63,270 bases of DNA from an uncultured Porticoccaceae bacterium (GCA_964623085.1 CAZUTO010000006.1:16556-79825), one strand, 5' to 3'. Counted from the stretch's first letter, positions 9,461-20,422 are shown. The notes: generated by a model from the letters alone, not told the origin. Translations and numbers: made by a program.

Positions 9461-10502
9461 CCGATTGACTCTCTGTATCAACAAGACTAGCTCGATTTAT
9501 CTGAGTCAGTAGCGCCGCTAAAGTAGCCAACAACAGAGCGCCAACAAAATTATGCGCCACGGCATTCCAAAGTGGAATGAGGTAAAGCACATTTGAAATA
9601 CCCAAACCAACTTGAAGAAACAGAACGATCCAAAGAACAATCACCAGCGCTCGGGCCTTCGACACTTTGGTTCTCCAAACTCGCCAACCCAAATAAATGA
9701 GATAGGCAAATGTCAGTATCGCGCCTAGTCGATGTATAAAATGAATAGCGGTGCGCGCATCACTGCCGAGTAAGCCCCCCAAATAATTAGGGCCAATACT
9801 CTGCAATATATTGAACCCATTTTTGACATCCATTTCCGGCCACCAGTCGCCCGTGCACTTCGGAAAATCAGGACAACCGAACGCAGCATAGTTTGAGGCT
9901 AGCCAACCACCTAATGCAATTTGCAGAAACACGATGATGACGCCCACAATGACACTGCCGCGGAGGCTGACTAGTGAATGAAGCTGGCTTTCAGCCAAAT
10001 TCCATCGATAAGACGATAGCCGCTGCACTAACACCGTCAGCAGTACAAAGGTTAAAAAACCTCCGAGCAAATGGGTGGTCACGACCTGTGGCCAGAGCTT
10101 TAACGTCACTGTCCACATACCAAACAATGCTTGCCAGATGACTAGCAGCGCCATAAATATAGTTTGCCGAAACGGATAAGCACGCTCACGCCTATTTTTT
10201 ATAGCAATAAATGCCTGAAAAAATATCAGCAGCCCTAGCGTACCCGCAAAGTAACGATGCACCATCTCCGGCCAAGGCTTGCCACTAATCACTGGCAAGT
10301 CGGGGAAAGCAGTATTAGCAGCTTCAATTTCTTGGGCATCATTAGGCCAAAGTAAATGACCATAGCAGCCTGGCCAATCTGGGCACCCCAGCCCTGCATC
10401 AACCAGTCGAGTAAATGCGCCCAACCCGATCACAAAAACAGCCAGAAGCGTTGCTCCGATGGCCAGTTTGTATCCTGGAAGACTGCCTTTAGCCAATTTC
10501 AT
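9453..10502 (-). CDS. ctaA: Haem A synthase (COX15/CtaA)
   Basis: AGLGCPDWPGC, EMVHRY, H-L-L-G-G, second CPDFPKC and IHR motifs; multiple TMs. Confidence 0.93.
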   Translation of the reverse strand: MKLAKGSLPGYKLAIGATLLAVFVIGLGAFTRLVDAGLGCPDWPGCYGHLLWPNDAQEIEAANTAFPDLPVISGKPWPEMVHRYFAGTLGLLIFFQAFIAIKNRRERAYPFRQTIFMALLVIWQALFGMWTVTLKLWPQVVTTHLLGGFLTFVLLTVLVQRLSSYRWNLAESQLHSLVSLRGSVIVGVIIVFLQIALGGWLASNYAAFGCPDFPKCTGDWWPEMDVKNGFNILQSIGPNYLGGLLGSDARTAIHFIHRLGAILTFAYLIYLGWRVWRTKVSKARALVIVLWIVLFLQVGLGISNVLYLIPLWNAVAHNFVGALLLATLAALLTQINRASLVDTESQSDG

Positions 10503-10534
10503 TTACATCTAGGCTCTATTTATTTCAGTTCCAA

Positions 10535-11146
10535 TCATCTCAGCTCAAGCAAATGCTCGATATCTTCCAGCATTTCCGAACCGGTATGCGATTTGGTGTA
10601 TGCCATCATGGCTCGATTCTCTGGATCGATAATAACTAACACCGGCCCAGCATTCAGGTCGGGGAGATTAGTATCACTTAATCTCTCCAAGAATTTGCTG
10701 CTATCGGGCTCAACAACAGCGTACCCGGGGAAATCACTCACCAACTGCCGAGCCTGCTCGGTAGTAGCACCTGCCAACAAAAACCCTCTCTCAACCTTTT
10801 CATAATCACGATTTAAGCGGACATGCACTTGTCGCACACTACGTAACATATCCATACAACTTTGGTCACAACTACCTTGGCTAACGACAACCAGCTTGAA
10901 TACCTCTGCCTCTAACGCAGGCCAATGCGCGCCTTCGTCAGCAACAATATCCTCTGGTGCTAGCTGCACAGGTGGGTTTAACAACACGCCTTTGTTGGTG
11001 GTGCCCAAAAGATTGACCCACCATAATTTATCCGCTTCGGATTTTGGGCTCAGTATTAGGCCAAGCCCTATGACCAAAGCCAACATACCCAACATAATGA
11101 TGATCGGCCAAGGTAACTTGCGCTCATTCAGGTTTTCCGTACTCAT
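10535..11146 (-). CDS. Conserved cox-cluster membrane-anchored protein (thioredoxin-like, CxxxC)
   Basis: N-terminal TM, TNKGVLLNPP, CDQSC, IIDP..RAMM.Y; occupies the usual position between SURF1 and ctaA. Confidence 0.7.
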   Translation of the reverse strand: MSTENLNERKLPWPIIIMLGMLALVIGLGLILSPKSEADKLWWVNLLGTTNKGVLLNPPVQLAPEDIVADEGAHWPALEAEVFKLVVVSQGSCDQSCMDMLRSVRQVHVRLNRDYEKVERGFLLAGATTEQARQLVSDFPGYAVVEPDSSKFLERLSDTNLPDLNAGPVLVIIDPENRAMMAYTKSHTGSEMLEDIEHLLELR

Positions 11147-11901
11147 TCTTTAGTGCCCAACTTTTGTTTTATCACTGCACCCAAGTTTGAACATGCGAAT
11201 ATCGTCAACACAATCAATAAAATTGCTAAAGCAAACCACTGTAGCGCATATGCGGTATGTTTTTGTGGTGGAAGATTCACTATGAGCCAGCCAGTGCTGT
11301 AAGCGCTAGCTGAACTTGCATCAAGCCTAACCAAATACGGAAACAATGGATAACCTAACCGACCAGATAGCTGATCCCAATTTATCGCCTGAATACGCTC
11401 GGGCCACCCGTCAGTCCATATGGGCTCTCCAAGAGTAAAAGGCTTGCTAGCACTGCGATAAGCGTAACCAAGCAGACGAATATCATTGCCTGAATCAAAC
11501 TCTATCTCTGGCAAAATTTCTCGGTTCAAACTGCCTTGCACCCAGCCTCGATTAACCAGTACCTTTGCGTCATTACTGCTAAAAATACCCAGCACTTCAT
11601 ATCCTGGTCGGCCGTTTTTCACCCGATTTTCTAACAGAAAATAGCCTTCTTCCCATCGACCCATCAACGTCACTGGGCGGTAGTTTTGCGCGTGGGCAAG
11701 ATCCAAGTCAGTGACCGCAATCGGAGGTAAATTGCTGCGAGCTGACTGTTCGTCCAACATATCGCGTTTTTCTTCCGCTCTACTAAGCTGCCAAAACCCT
11801 GCCATAAGGGTGATTGGGAAAAAAATCACTGCAAAAAGCACAATCTTAAAGTTGATTTGCCAACGTAGGCTAATGTTGGGTTCTGTGCTCATCTGAAACA
11901 T
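11143..11901 (-). CDS. SURF1 family cytochrome oxidase biogenesis protein
   Basis: GFWQLSRAEEK, VLVNRGWV and H..YALQWF motifs; true start may be the ATG at 11892. Confidence 0.93.
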   Translation of the reverse strand: MFQMSTEPNISLRWQINFKIVLFAVIFFPITLMAGFWQLSRAEEKRDMLDEQSARSNLPPIAVTDLDLAHAQNYRPVTLMGRWEEGYFLLENRVKNGRPGYEVLGIFSSNDAKVLVNRGWVQGSLNREILPEIEFDSGNDIRLLGYAYRSASKPFTLGEPIWTDGWPERIQAINWDQLSGRLGYPLFPYLVRLDASSASAYSTGWLIVNLPPQKHTAYALQWFALAILLIVLTIFACSNLGAVIKQKLGTKE

Positions 11902-11975
11902 TCGATCTAGTTACTCAGGACACCAGAGACTATGTTTAAATACATAAGTCTCTGCTTATCTATTCGTGCGAATCT

Positions 11976-12224
11976 ATGGCTCTAAAATTCACCGTCTTAA
12001 TACTATTGATCGCAATGATCGCCAGCCTATTTACAGGGTTTTTCTTCCTGATCAAAGATCGCAATGATTCTCGCATGAGATTGGTGATTGCGCTCGGAAT
12101 TCGAATCAGTCTCGCTACCGCACTGATTGGAACCCTTGCCTACGGTATTATGACAGGTCAACTAGGGAGCAATGCGCCTTGGGACCAAGAACTGCATCCT
12201 GAACGCGTCATTCAGCCTCGGTAA
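11976..12224 (+). CDS. DUF2909/twin-transmembrane-helix small protein
   Basis: Two TMs with SLFTGFFFLIKD...AL.IR pattern, opposite strand within the cox cluster as is typical. Confidence 0.8.
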   Translation: MALKFTVLILLIAMIASLFTGFFFLIKDRNDSRMRLVIALGIRISLATALIGTLAYGIMTGQLGSNAPWDQELHPERVIQPR

Positions 12225-12316
12225 TTTTTAGCCGTGTACGAGCCTGCAATTCTGCAGGCCAGCAACACAGCGGTTACAGTTAGAGCAGGCGCGCCTTTAA
12301 ATTAAGCACGCCTCGT

Positions 12317-13231
12317 TTAAAGGATATACACGAAGAAGAACAACATCACCCAGACAACGTCCACAAAGTGCCAATACCAGGATGCTGCCTCAAAACCAAA
12401 ATGGTCATCCTCTTTGAAATGCCCTTTTAACGAACGAAATAACTGGATCGTTAGAAAGATGGTTCCCATCGTTACGTGGGCCCCGTGGAAACCCGTGAGC
12501 ATAAAGAAGGTTGTACCGTAAATACCCGAGTTTAAAGTAATGCCATAGTGATGAATGGCTTCGTAATACTCATAAACCTGCAGACAAAGAAACGTGGCGC
12601 CAAGAATGACCGTTGCCAACAACCATAGATTAAATTTCTTTCGATTATCACCGTGCTTAAGCGCATGGTGCGCCCAATGAACCGTCCAGCTTGAGGTCAT
12701 CAGAATGATCGTTCCGTATAGCGGCAACCATGTATGAAGCTTACTCCACCCATAGCCACCCCAGCCTAAGTCATGCTCTGGGCCCTTGAATTGCGCGGCT
12801 TCACCATTTGCAAACTGGTCGGGCGTTTCCATTAATGGCCAAGATGCTTCAAACTCTGGCCAAAGTAGCTCTGGGTTTCCCTCTCCCATTCCCCAGCCGC
12901 CAAGCGTCGGCAACGCAACATTACGAACATAAAAAAGAGCGCCAAAGAAGGCTGCAAAGAACATCACCTCGGAGAAAATAAACCAACCGAAGCCCCAAGC
13001 GTAAGACCGCTTCAATTGATCGCCAGCAAGACCCTGCATGTTCTCTTTGATAACCACATTCCACCAGCAGGCTAATGTGCACCAGAAAATGATCATCCCC
13101 AACACAAGGGCAACCCAGCTTCCATCGATCATTATCCTGCCTGCACCATAGGCCGACAGACCCAAGGACAAGCCCGCCATGATCGGCAGTTTGCTCTGCT
13201 CTGGAACGTAGTAGCTACTCTCGCTCGACAT
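12317..13231 (-). CDS. coxC: Cytochrome c oxidase subunit III
   Basis: WFIFSEVMFF, TGFHGAHV and WYWHFVDVVW motifs; ATG at 13231 follows a GGAGA RBS. Confidence 0.97.
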   Translation of the reverse strand: MSSESSYYVPEQSKLPIMAGLSLGLSAYGAGRIMIDGSWVALVLGMIIFWCTLACWWNVVIKENMQGLAGDQLKRSYAWGFGWFIFSEVMFFAAFFGALFYVRNVALPTLGGWGMGEGNPELLWPEFEASWPLMETPDQFANGEAAQFKGPEHDLGWGGYGWSKLHTWLPLYGTIILMTSSWTVHWAHHALKHGDNRKKFNLWLLATVILGATFLCLQVYEYYEAIHHYGITLNSGIYGTTFFMLTGFHGAHVTMGTIFLTIQLFRSLKGHFKEDDHFGFEAASWYWHFVDVVWVMLFFFVYIL

Positions 13232-13274
13232 TTTTATCTCCAATTCATCGACTATTTAAGCCAATGCATATTTT

Positions 13275-13850
13275 CTAATTTAGTAATGCAAACTCATTTG
13301 GAAACCGATCAGTCACGTCAAAGAGACTATATGACAATGTGATTGTATCCACGGCTTCAGGCAGGTCGCGATCAACAATAAACACCAGCTTCATGTCTGC
13401 TTCAGCTCCCGCTTCTAGCGGCTGCTGGTTAAAACAAAAACACTCTGTTTTATGGAAGTACTTATTTGCTGTGACCGGCCGAATTTCAGGTATTGCTTGG
13501 GCCACCATATTGCGCGGCGTTCGGTTTCTCGCAAAATAAGACATTTCCGCCTGTTCACCAGGGTGAACAACGACCTCATAAACCTTAGGCTCAAAGTCCC
13601 AAGGCATGGTGGCCGCATTGTTAGTAATAAACTTTACTTTTACCGTTCGCGACTCATCAATCGAGTTCACAGTGGCCTGTTCATATTGCTCAACAGACTT
13701 GTCGCCAATTCCGGTAATTTCACAGAACAAATCATAGAGTGGCGGCATCACAAAAACCGCGAAAGCAAACATCAGCACAACCCCAGCTGAAGATAAAACA
13801 ACAACCTTCTTGTTCGCTTTTTCAGCCGCTGCCCCTTTGATCACAAGCAA
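13275..13850 (-). CDS. ctaG: Cytochrome c oxidase assembly protein CtaG/Cox11
   Basis: PLYDLFCEITG and YFHKTECFCF motifs. Confidence 0.95.
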   Translation of the reverse strand: MLVIKGAAAEKANKKVVVLSSAGVVLMFAFAVFVMPPLYDLFCEITGIGDKSVEQYEQATVNSIDESRTVKVKFITNNAATMPWDFEPKVYEVVVHPGEQAEMSYFARNRTPRNMVAQAIPEIRPVTANKYFHKTECFCFNQQPLEAGAEADMKLVFIVDRDLPEAVDTITLSYSLFDVTDRFPNEFALLN

Positions 13851-13866
13851 TGCACTCTTCTTTTAA

Positions 13867-15420
13867 TCACTTAACGTCAGGGGGAGTAGAAAAGGTGTGA
13901 TACGGCGCTGGTGTCGCAACAGTCCATTCTAGGCCATGTGCACCTTCCCAAGTTTTATCATCCGAAGTCTTCTTGCCAACCGTTATCGTTGCAATCACGT
14001 TGTAGAGGAACAGTATCTGCGATAGCCCATAGACGAAAGCGCCAATACTGGACACCATGTTCCAATCAGAAAACTGTAACGCATAATCTGCATATCGACG
14101 TGGCATACCCGCCAATCCCAAAAAATGCTGGGGAAAGAACGTCACGTTAAATGCGATAAACGAAATCCAAAAATGCGTTTTACCCATGGCTTCGTTATAC
14201 ATCCTGCCACACCACTTCGGCAGCCAGTAGTAAACCGCTGCTGTCATGCTAAATACCGCACCAGCAACCATTACATAGTGGAAGTGCGCAACAACAAAGT
14301 ACGAATCGTGGTATTGAATGTCTGCAGCTGCAATCGCCAGCATCAACCCAGTAAAGCCACCGATAGTGAACAAGAACACAAAGGCGATGGAGAACAACAT
14401 CGGTGTTTCAAAAGTGATAGCACCCTTGAACATGGTCGTAATCCAATTAAATACTTTCGCTGCCGTTGGTACAGCAATGAGCATGGTGGCATACATAAAA
14501 TAAAGTTCGCCGTTGACTGGCATGCCCACCGTAAACATATGGTGCGCCCATACAACGAATGACAAAAAGGCGATGGATGCTGTTGCGTAAACCATAGAGC
14601 TGTAACCAAACAATGGTTTGCGACTAAAGGTCGGGATGATCTCCGAGATCACACCGAACGCCGGCAAGATAATGATGTATACCTCAGGATGACCAAAGAA
14701 CCAGAAAATATGCTGGAACAGCACCGGATCACCACCGCCAGCAGCATCAAAGAAGCTAGTGCCGAAATTAATGTCCATAAGCATCATGGTCACCGCCCCT
14801 GCTAACACTGGCATCACGGCAATCAACAAGAATGCTGTAATTAACCAAGTCCAGACGAACAAAGGCATCTTCATCAACGTCATGCCTGGTGCGCGCAAAT
14901 TGAGCACAGTGGCAATAATATTGATTGACCCCATGATTGATGACGCACCCATAATGTGCACACCAAAAATAAAATAGTTCACGGTGTCTGGCGCGTAAGT
15001 CGTTGAAAGCGGAGCGTAAAACGTCCAACCGAAATTCGGCGCACCCGCTTCCATAAACAGTGTGGAAGCCAGCAACAAAAACGCTGGTGGCAACAACCAG
15101 AAACTAAGGTTATTCATCCTTGGCAACGCCATATCCGGCGCACCGATCTGCATTGGAATCATCCAGTTCGCCAAGCCAACAAACGCTGGCATAATCGCTC
15201 CGAACACCATCACTAGACCATGCATGGTGGTCATCTGGTTAAAAAATTCTGGCTGAATAAGTTGCATGCCGGGCTCAAAGAGCTCAGCACGAATAATCAT
15301 CGCGAACGTACCACCCAGAATAAACATCGCGAAGCTAAACCAAAGGTAAAGCGTGCCAATGTCTTTGTGGTTAGTAGTAAAAATCCAACGACCAATACCT
15401 TTTGCGGGACCGTGTGCCAT
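13867..15420 (-). CDS. coxA: Cytochrome c oxidase subunit I (type A1)
   Basis: TTNHKDIG, WFFGHPEVY, VWAHH, AHFHY and MPRRY motifs. Confidence 0.99.
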   Translation of the reverse strand: MAHGPAKGIGRWIFTTNHKDIGTLYLWFSFAMFILGGTFAMIIRAELFEPGMQLIQPEFFNQMTTMHGLVMVFGAIMPAFVGLANWMIPMQIGAPDMALPRMNNLSFWLLPPAFLLLASTLFMEAGAPNFGWTFYAPLSTTYAPDTVNYFIFGVHIMGASSIMGSINIIATVLNLRAPGMTLMKMPLFVWTWLITAFLLIAVMPVLAGAVTMMLMDINFGTSFFDAAGGGDPVLFQHIFWFFGHPEVYIIILPAFGVISEIIPTFSRKPLFGYSSMVYATASIAFLSFVVWAHHMFTVGMPVNGELYFMYATMLIAVPTAAKVFNWITTMFKGAITFETPMLFSIAFVFLFTIGGFTGLMLAIAAADIQYHDSYFVVAHFHYVMVAGAVFSMTAAVYYWLPKWCGRMYNEAMGKTHFWISFIAFNVTFFPQHFLGLAGMPRRYADYALQFSDWNMVSSIGAFVYGLSQILFLYNVIATITVGKKTSDDKTWEGAHGLEWTVATPAPYHTFSTPPDVK

Positions 15421-15435
15421 AACTGTTTTTCTCCC

Positions 15436-16584
15436 CTATTGGCCGTTCTTAAAATTAAAGACATCGCGCGGTTGCACGAGGTCACCAGTATCGTTGCCAA
15501 AAGCATTGCGCTCATAGGTCAGAATAGCGGCTATATCGATTTCATTTAGCTGAGCACCAAAAGCTTGCATCGCAGTGCCGGTTATACCGTTCACAACCAC
15601 ATCCAAATGATTTTCTACTGGCCCATTAACGATCGCACTATCAGCCATGGGCGGGAACAATGTGCCAACACCCTCTCCATTGATGCCATGGCATGCCGCA
15701 CAAGAGCGTTCATATGCCGCTTGACCAAGCTCCATAAGCTCATCCATCGAAAACGTCTTATCTATGGTTTCTCGTATGCGTTCTGCCTCTGCTCGCTGTT
15801 CGTCCATCCAAACAGCAAACTCTTCCTTTGTTACAGCATGCACAACAATGGGCATAAACGCGTGATTTTGACCGCAGAGCTCTGCGCACTCGCCGCGATA
15901 GATTCCAGGCTCGATAATATTTGTCCAAGTCTCAACGTTGTAACCCGGTACAGCATCTCTTTTGACCGCAAAATCGGGAACCCACCAAGAGTGAATGACG
16001 TCTGCTGAAGTCACATTAAAAACAATTTTAGTATCGATCGGCAGCACGAGAGGCTGGTTAACTTCTTGAAGGTAAAACTCGCTCTTAGGCTCTAGATTTT
16101 GAATTTGATCTCGCGGTGTACTTAGCTCAGAGATAAAGGAAACACCTTCACCCAAGTATTCATATTGCCATTTCCATTGCAGACCAGTGACCTGAATATC
16201 TAACTCAGATTCCGACGTATCATATAGGACACGAAGTACTTTGGTAGCAGGCCAAGCCATCGCGATAAGAATAATAAATGGAATAACTGTCCACGCAATC
16301 TCCGCAGTAATATTGTCATGAAACTGCGCTGGCTCGTGACCTGCCGACTTGCGATGCAATATCATTGCCCAGAGCATATAGCCAAAGACACCAATCCCAA
16401 TCACAACGCAGATCCAAAACATCAGCATATGCAATTCGTAAACTTCGTGACTGACGGTGGTGACACCCCGCGTCATATTAAGTACATCAGTTAGCTTGCT
16501 ACCCGAATCTTCGTCAGCCGCCATAAGCAAACTAGGCATTAACCCGACAACAAGCGCGAAAAGCATCGCGGCTTTTCTTAACAT
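15436..16584 (-). CDS. coxB: Cytochrome c oxidase subunit II with C-terminal cytochrome c domain (caa3 type)
   Basis: CuA ligands DVIHSW and CAELCGQNHAFM; C-terminal CAACH; start at ATG 16584 after a GGAGA RBS. Confidence 0.97.
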   Translation of the reverse strand: MLRKAAMLFALVVGLMPSLLMAADEDSGSKLTDVLNMTRGVTTVSHEVYELHMLMFWICVVIGIGVFGYMLWAMILHRKSAGHEPAQFHDNITAEIAWTVIPFIILIAMAWPATKVLRVLYDTSESELDIQVTGLQWKWQYEYLGEGVSFISELSTPRDQIQNLEPKSEFYLQEVNQPLVLPIDTKIVFNVTSADVIHSWWVPDFAVKRDAVPGYNVETWTNIIEPGIYRGECAELCGQNHAFMPIVVHAVTKEEFAVWMDEQRAEAERIRETIDKTFSMDELMELGQAAYERSCAACHGINGEGVGTLFPPMADSAIVNGPVENHLDVVVNGITGTAMQAFGAQLNEIDIAAILTYERNAFGNDTGDLVQPRDVFNFKNGQ

Positions 16585-17061
16585 CACAGATTCTCCATCG
16601 ATTTTTGGTGCCCAGCATCGAGCAAAATACACCTTAAGTTGAAGGCATTTCATTACTTATAACCTGACACCCTAGATTTTAGGCGACGCATTATATCGGA
16701 GCATCCTTTAAATCTCCATAAAACCTCACTGTAAACTCTTGACAATTCAATCTTTTTTAGTCATTGGTTATTTATCTAGCACTTCGTTTTTATTCGCCCC
16801 AAATACCACCCATAAAGACAAATACACCAAACAAAAAATCAATCCTATATGAACTCATTTTTATATAGTAAGCAATCATATCTATCCTGATAACCATGTG
16901 CCATTCGGCGCTCAGAGCTGAAAATACGTCTCAAAATTCTTGCGCTATTTCTCATATTAACAATAACTTATGGCATTATCTTTAATAAATGCATAAAGAA
17001 TCTTGCTTTTGCCAACGGAAGTAATATAGTGGCACCGACAATTAACATGGGGATTAACTCA

Positions 17062-17760
17062 ATGAAAAAATTCATCACTACAGTGCTTGCTTTTGGGCTG
17101 GCTACAGTTGCTCAGAGTCAAGAGTGGACGGGCGTAGGCGACTTTGGCTATAGCGACATAAGCGGAAACTCGAACTCCGAAACACTGACTGCGGCTTTAG
17201 GCCTCGGCTACGATACTGGCGGTAAATGGACCCATGAGGTTGTGCTCACAGCAATTAACTCCTCGCAACAAGATATCCGCGCTGCGGAAGCCTATGGACT
17301 TAATTGGAACTCAAACTACGCCTTCAACGAAAAGAACTATGGTATAGGTGCCCTAAGGTACTTAGACGATAGATTTAGCGGTTTCGACACGCAAACTTCA
17401 ATAAGAGTAGGTGTGGGAAGACATTTTATCGATGATGGGATTACGATACTGGATGCGGAAGGCGGTATCGGTTTTCGGAGAAATGAGTTGATTACCGGTG
17501 AAGATGAAGACGAAGGAATTATATGGGGCAGATCCGTTTATAGCCGCGTACTAAGCGATACAACCATTTTTGATGCTCACGGGCTGTTTGAAGCAGGTGA
17601 CGAAAACACCTATGTTGAAGCCGGCGCAAGTATCAGAGTTGCCATGAGCGAGGCGCTTGGCCTTCGTGTAGCTTATTTGCTTAAGCATAACACTGATGCT
17701 CCAGCTCCAGCGACGAGCACCGATAGATTCCTGACTGTATCTCTTAACTACTTGTTCTAA
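17062..17760 (+). CDS. DUF481/YdiY-family outer-membrane beta-barrel protein
   Basis: Signal peptide MKKF...AQSQ, W.G..DFGY...SGNS, Y.DDRFSGFD, terminal ...VSLNYLF. Confidence 0.85.
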   Translation: MKKFITTVLAFGLATVAQSQEWTGVGDFGYSDISGNSNSETLTAALGLGYDTGGKWTHEVVLTAINSSQQDIRAAEAYGLNWNSNYAFNEKNYGIGALRYLDDRFSGFDTQTSIRVGVGRHFIDDGITILDAEGGIGFRRNELITGEDEDEGIIWGRSVYSRVLSDTTIFDAHGLFEAGDENTYVEAGASIRVAMSEALGLRVAYLLKHNTDAPAPATSTDRFLTVSLNYLF

Positions 17761-17798
17761 AATCAGGTAGAAAGTACATCTGGGCGGCTCGATGGACG

Positions 17799-18044
17799 CT
17801 ACTTAGCACCGTCACCGCCCGGACCCATTAACCGCACCGTCTGAACTTCCTCTTTCCGCTCTCCCAGTGAACGATTGACTCGCGTTCCCAGCTCTTGGGG
17901 CGACGTATCAAATTGCAATGTTTCGGAAAAATCACAGCGTGAGCACGCTCTAAGCTTTCTGTCTTCTTCTTCGTAGGTATAAATCTTGTCTATTTCTTTG
18001 CAAGATGGGCACTGTGCGCCAGCGATAAATCGCTTATTCTTCAT
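17799..18044 (-). CDS. YheV-family putative zinc-ribbon protein
   Basis: KRFIAGAQCPSC...D...CSRCDF signature; start at ATG 18044. Confidence 0.88.
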   Translation of the reverse strand: MKNKRFIAGAQCPSCKEIDKIYTYEEEDRKLRACSRCDFSETLQFDTSPQELGTRVNRSLGERKEEVQTVRLMGPGGDGAK

Positions 18045-18079
18045 AATCTCTAGAGACCGAGTAAACAGGTAAATACAGT

Positions 18080-18619
18080 ATGAGCAATGGTACCCCAAGA
18101 ACGTTCAACAATATCACACCAACATTGGCTGAAGGTGTTTACATCGACCCCGCAGCAACAGTCATCGGTGATGTCACTCTGGGTATCGATGTGTCCGTCT
18201 GGCCAGCCGCTGTTATCCGCGGTGATATGCATCATATTCGTGTGGGTGATCGCTCAAACGTACAAGATGGCGCTGTCCTTCATGTTACTCATGCAAGCCA
18301 ATACAACCCTGACGGATTTCCACTAGCTATCGGTTCTGACGTTACCATCGGCCACAGCGCTGTTTTGCACGGCTGCACTATCGGGAATCATGTTCTCATT
18401 GGCATTGGCGCCATCATCAACGATGGTGTGACAGTAAATGATAATGTCATGATTGGCGCGGGCACTGTGGTGCCTCCTGGCAAGCATCTTGAGTCTGGAT
18501 TCGTGTATATCGGCAACCCCGCGAAACAACTTCGACCGCTCTCAGATGCTGAAAAACGTTTCCTCACTTACTCGCCGCAGAACTACATTAAGCTAAAAAA
18601 TCAGTATTTAGCGGATTAA
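18080..18619 (+). CDS. yrdA: Gamma carbonic anhydrase family protein (YrdA)
   Basis: Hexapeptide repeats, IRGD, SNVQDG.VLH, VTIGH.A.LHGC. Confidence 0.92.
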   Translation: MSNGTPRTFNNITPTLAEGVYIDPAATVIGDVTLGIDVSVWPAAVIRGDMHHIRVGDRSNVQDGAVLHVTHASQYNPDGFPLAIGSDVTIGHSAVLHGCTIGNHVLIGIGAIINDGVTVNDNVMIGAGTVVPPGKHLESGFVYIGNPAKQLRPLSDAEKRFLTYSPQNYIKLKNQYLAD

Positions 18620-18656
18620 TCTCGATTTAGGCCGCAAGGTTTCGCCATCTGTGCGT

Positions 18657-19484
18657 TTAGCTGGGCCTAATCAGTTGGCTTATATGCTCTATAACCGGAT
18701 TGGTATCAGGTCTTTTTTTCGTCCATATTTGAAAGGATTCAGCGGCTTGCTCAACCAACATTCCCAAGCCATCAGAAGCACTCTCACAAAAAGGCGCCGC
18801 CCAGGTTAAAAAAGGCGTCGGCTCGGGTGCATACGCCATATCGTAGCAATAGCTGGTGTTTGCAAATAGGGCTTCTGGCAGCGCCACTGACTCTCCAGCT
18901 AAGCTGGCGCTGGTGCCGTTGATCACTAGGTCAAAATCTCTATCAGCAAGCTGATCGAGACCACACCCACTTATATTTCCAAAATCGACGAAGCCTTTAG
19001 CAAGCGATTCAGCCTTTGATACTGTTCGGTTGGCGACAACTAGCTCGGCAGGGGTTTCTCCTAATATAGCTTCCAGCACACCACGTACCGCGCCACCCGC
19101 GCCAATAATCAATAGCCGCTTATCGCTGACCTGCCAGCCCAAGTTCTTACATAGATCCCTAACAAACCCAACACCATCCGTTGTGTCGCCGATAATCTCA
19201 CCGTTTTCCCCAACGGCTAACGTATTGACCGCACCCGCTCGCCTTGCCCTCGCAGTTAGCTGGTTAGCGAAGCTGTATGCATCGTGCTTAAAGGGGGTGG
19301 TTATATTGAGGCCTTTGCCTCCACTTTGAAAAAACGCTGCCGCTGCCGCATCAAATCCATCAAGTGCAACTTCTTTCCGTGTATACAGCAGATCCAGCGC
19401 AAATTGTTCTGCGAACAGGGCATGTATCTGTGGAGATTTACTCTGTTGAATCGGATTACCGAAAACCGCATAGTTATCGGTCAT
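18657..19484 (-). CDS. aroE: Shikimate dehydrogenase
   Basis: GNPI.QSKSP.IH, N.T.PFK, GAVNT, GAGGA and GLGMLVEQAA motifs; ATG overlaps the hemF stop (TAATG). Confidence 0.96.
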   Translation of the reverse strand: MTDNYAVFGNPIQQSKSPQIHALFAEQFALDLLYTRKEVALDGFDAAAAAFFQSGGKGLNITTPFKHDAYSFANQLTARARRAGAVNTLAVGENGEIIGDTTDGVGFVRDLCKNLGWQVSDKRLLIIGAGGAVRGVLEAILGETPAELVVANRTVSKAESLAKGFVDFGNISGCGLDQLADRDFDLVINGTSASLAGESVALPEALFANTSYCYDMAYAPEPTPFLTWAAPFCESASDGLGMLVEQAAESFQIWTKKRPDTNPVIEHISQLIRPS

Positions 19485-20422
19485 TATTCGCTCACATTGA
19501 TCCAATCTTGTTTCACTAAGTACTTTTTATAAAGCATTTCTTCAGGGCTGTCTGGCTCTGGAGACCAGTTGTAATGCCATTCTACCTTCGGCGGCAACGA
19601 CATCAGAATAGATTCTGTTCTACCTCCGGTTTGCAACCCGAAAATGGTTCCTCGGTCATATACCAGGTTGAACTCAACATATCGACCGCGGCGATACGCC
19701 TGAAATGCACGCTCATTTTCGCCATATTCCATCGCCCTGCGACGCTCTACGATCGGCAAGTAAGCGTCAACATAACTATTCCCAACCGACTGCATAAACT
19801 GAAAACTCTGATCAAAACCGAGCTTATTAAAGTCATCGAAAAAGAGGCCGCCGACGCCTCGAGGCTCATCCCGATGTTTCAAATGGAAATACTCATCACA
19901 CCAGTCTCTAAATTTTGGATAGAGTTCTTCTCCAAATGAGTCGCATGCCCGTTTTGCCGTCTGATGCCAGTGCTGACAATCTTCAACAAACCCATAGTAG
20001 GGAGTGAGATCGTAGCCGCCGCCAAACCACCAAACTGGCTCGGCTCCTTCTTTCTCAGCGACGAAAAATCGCACATTCATATGGGTCGTGGGAATATATG
20101 GGTTATGTGGATGAACCACCAATGACACGCCCATTGCTGTAAATGAGCGGTTTGCCAACTCTGGACGCGCGGCCGTCGCAGAAGGCGGAAGCGAATTCCC
20201 CATAACATGCGAAAAATTGACGCCGCCTTTTTCGATGAATCCACCATCCGTAAGAATGCGAGTTCTGCCACCACCACCTTCGTCTCGCTCCCAGGTGTCT
20301 TCTACAAAATCGCTACCATCTAACTCGGCAAGCTGCTGGCAAATTCGATCTTGCAGCGCTAACAAATAGCTTTTCACTGCTGCTATATCGATCTCCGCGC
20401 CCTGTATAGGTTCTAGACTCAT
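19484..20422 (-). CDS. hemF: Oxygen-dependent coproporphyrinogen III oxidase
   Basis: [20 protein letters not shown] and [16 protein letters not shown] motifs. Confidence 0.98.
   Translation of the reverse strand: MSLEPIQGAEIDIAAVKSYLLALQDRICQQLAELDGSDFVEDTWERDEGGGGRTRILTDGGFIEKGGVNFSHVMGNSLPPSATAARPELANRSFTAMGVSLVVHPHNPYIPTTHMNVRFFVAEKEGAEPVWWFGGGYDLTPYYGFVEDCQHWHQTAKRACDSFGEELYPKFRDWCDEYFHLKHRDEPRGVGGLFFDDFNKLGFDQSFQFMQSVGNSYVDAYLPIVERRRAMEYGENERAFQAYRRGRYVEFNLVYDRGTIFGLQTGGRTESILMSLPPKVEWHYNWSPEPDSPEEMLYKKYLVKQDWINVSE

Noticed and set aside
15436-16584. Cytochrome c fused to CoxB as a novelty
   Set aside because: This is the well-known caa3-type architecture in Gammaproteobacteria.
16654-17028. 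FNR/ANR box in the cox promoter region (TTGACAATTCAA)
   Set aside because: Does not fit TTGAT-N4-ATCAA spacing.
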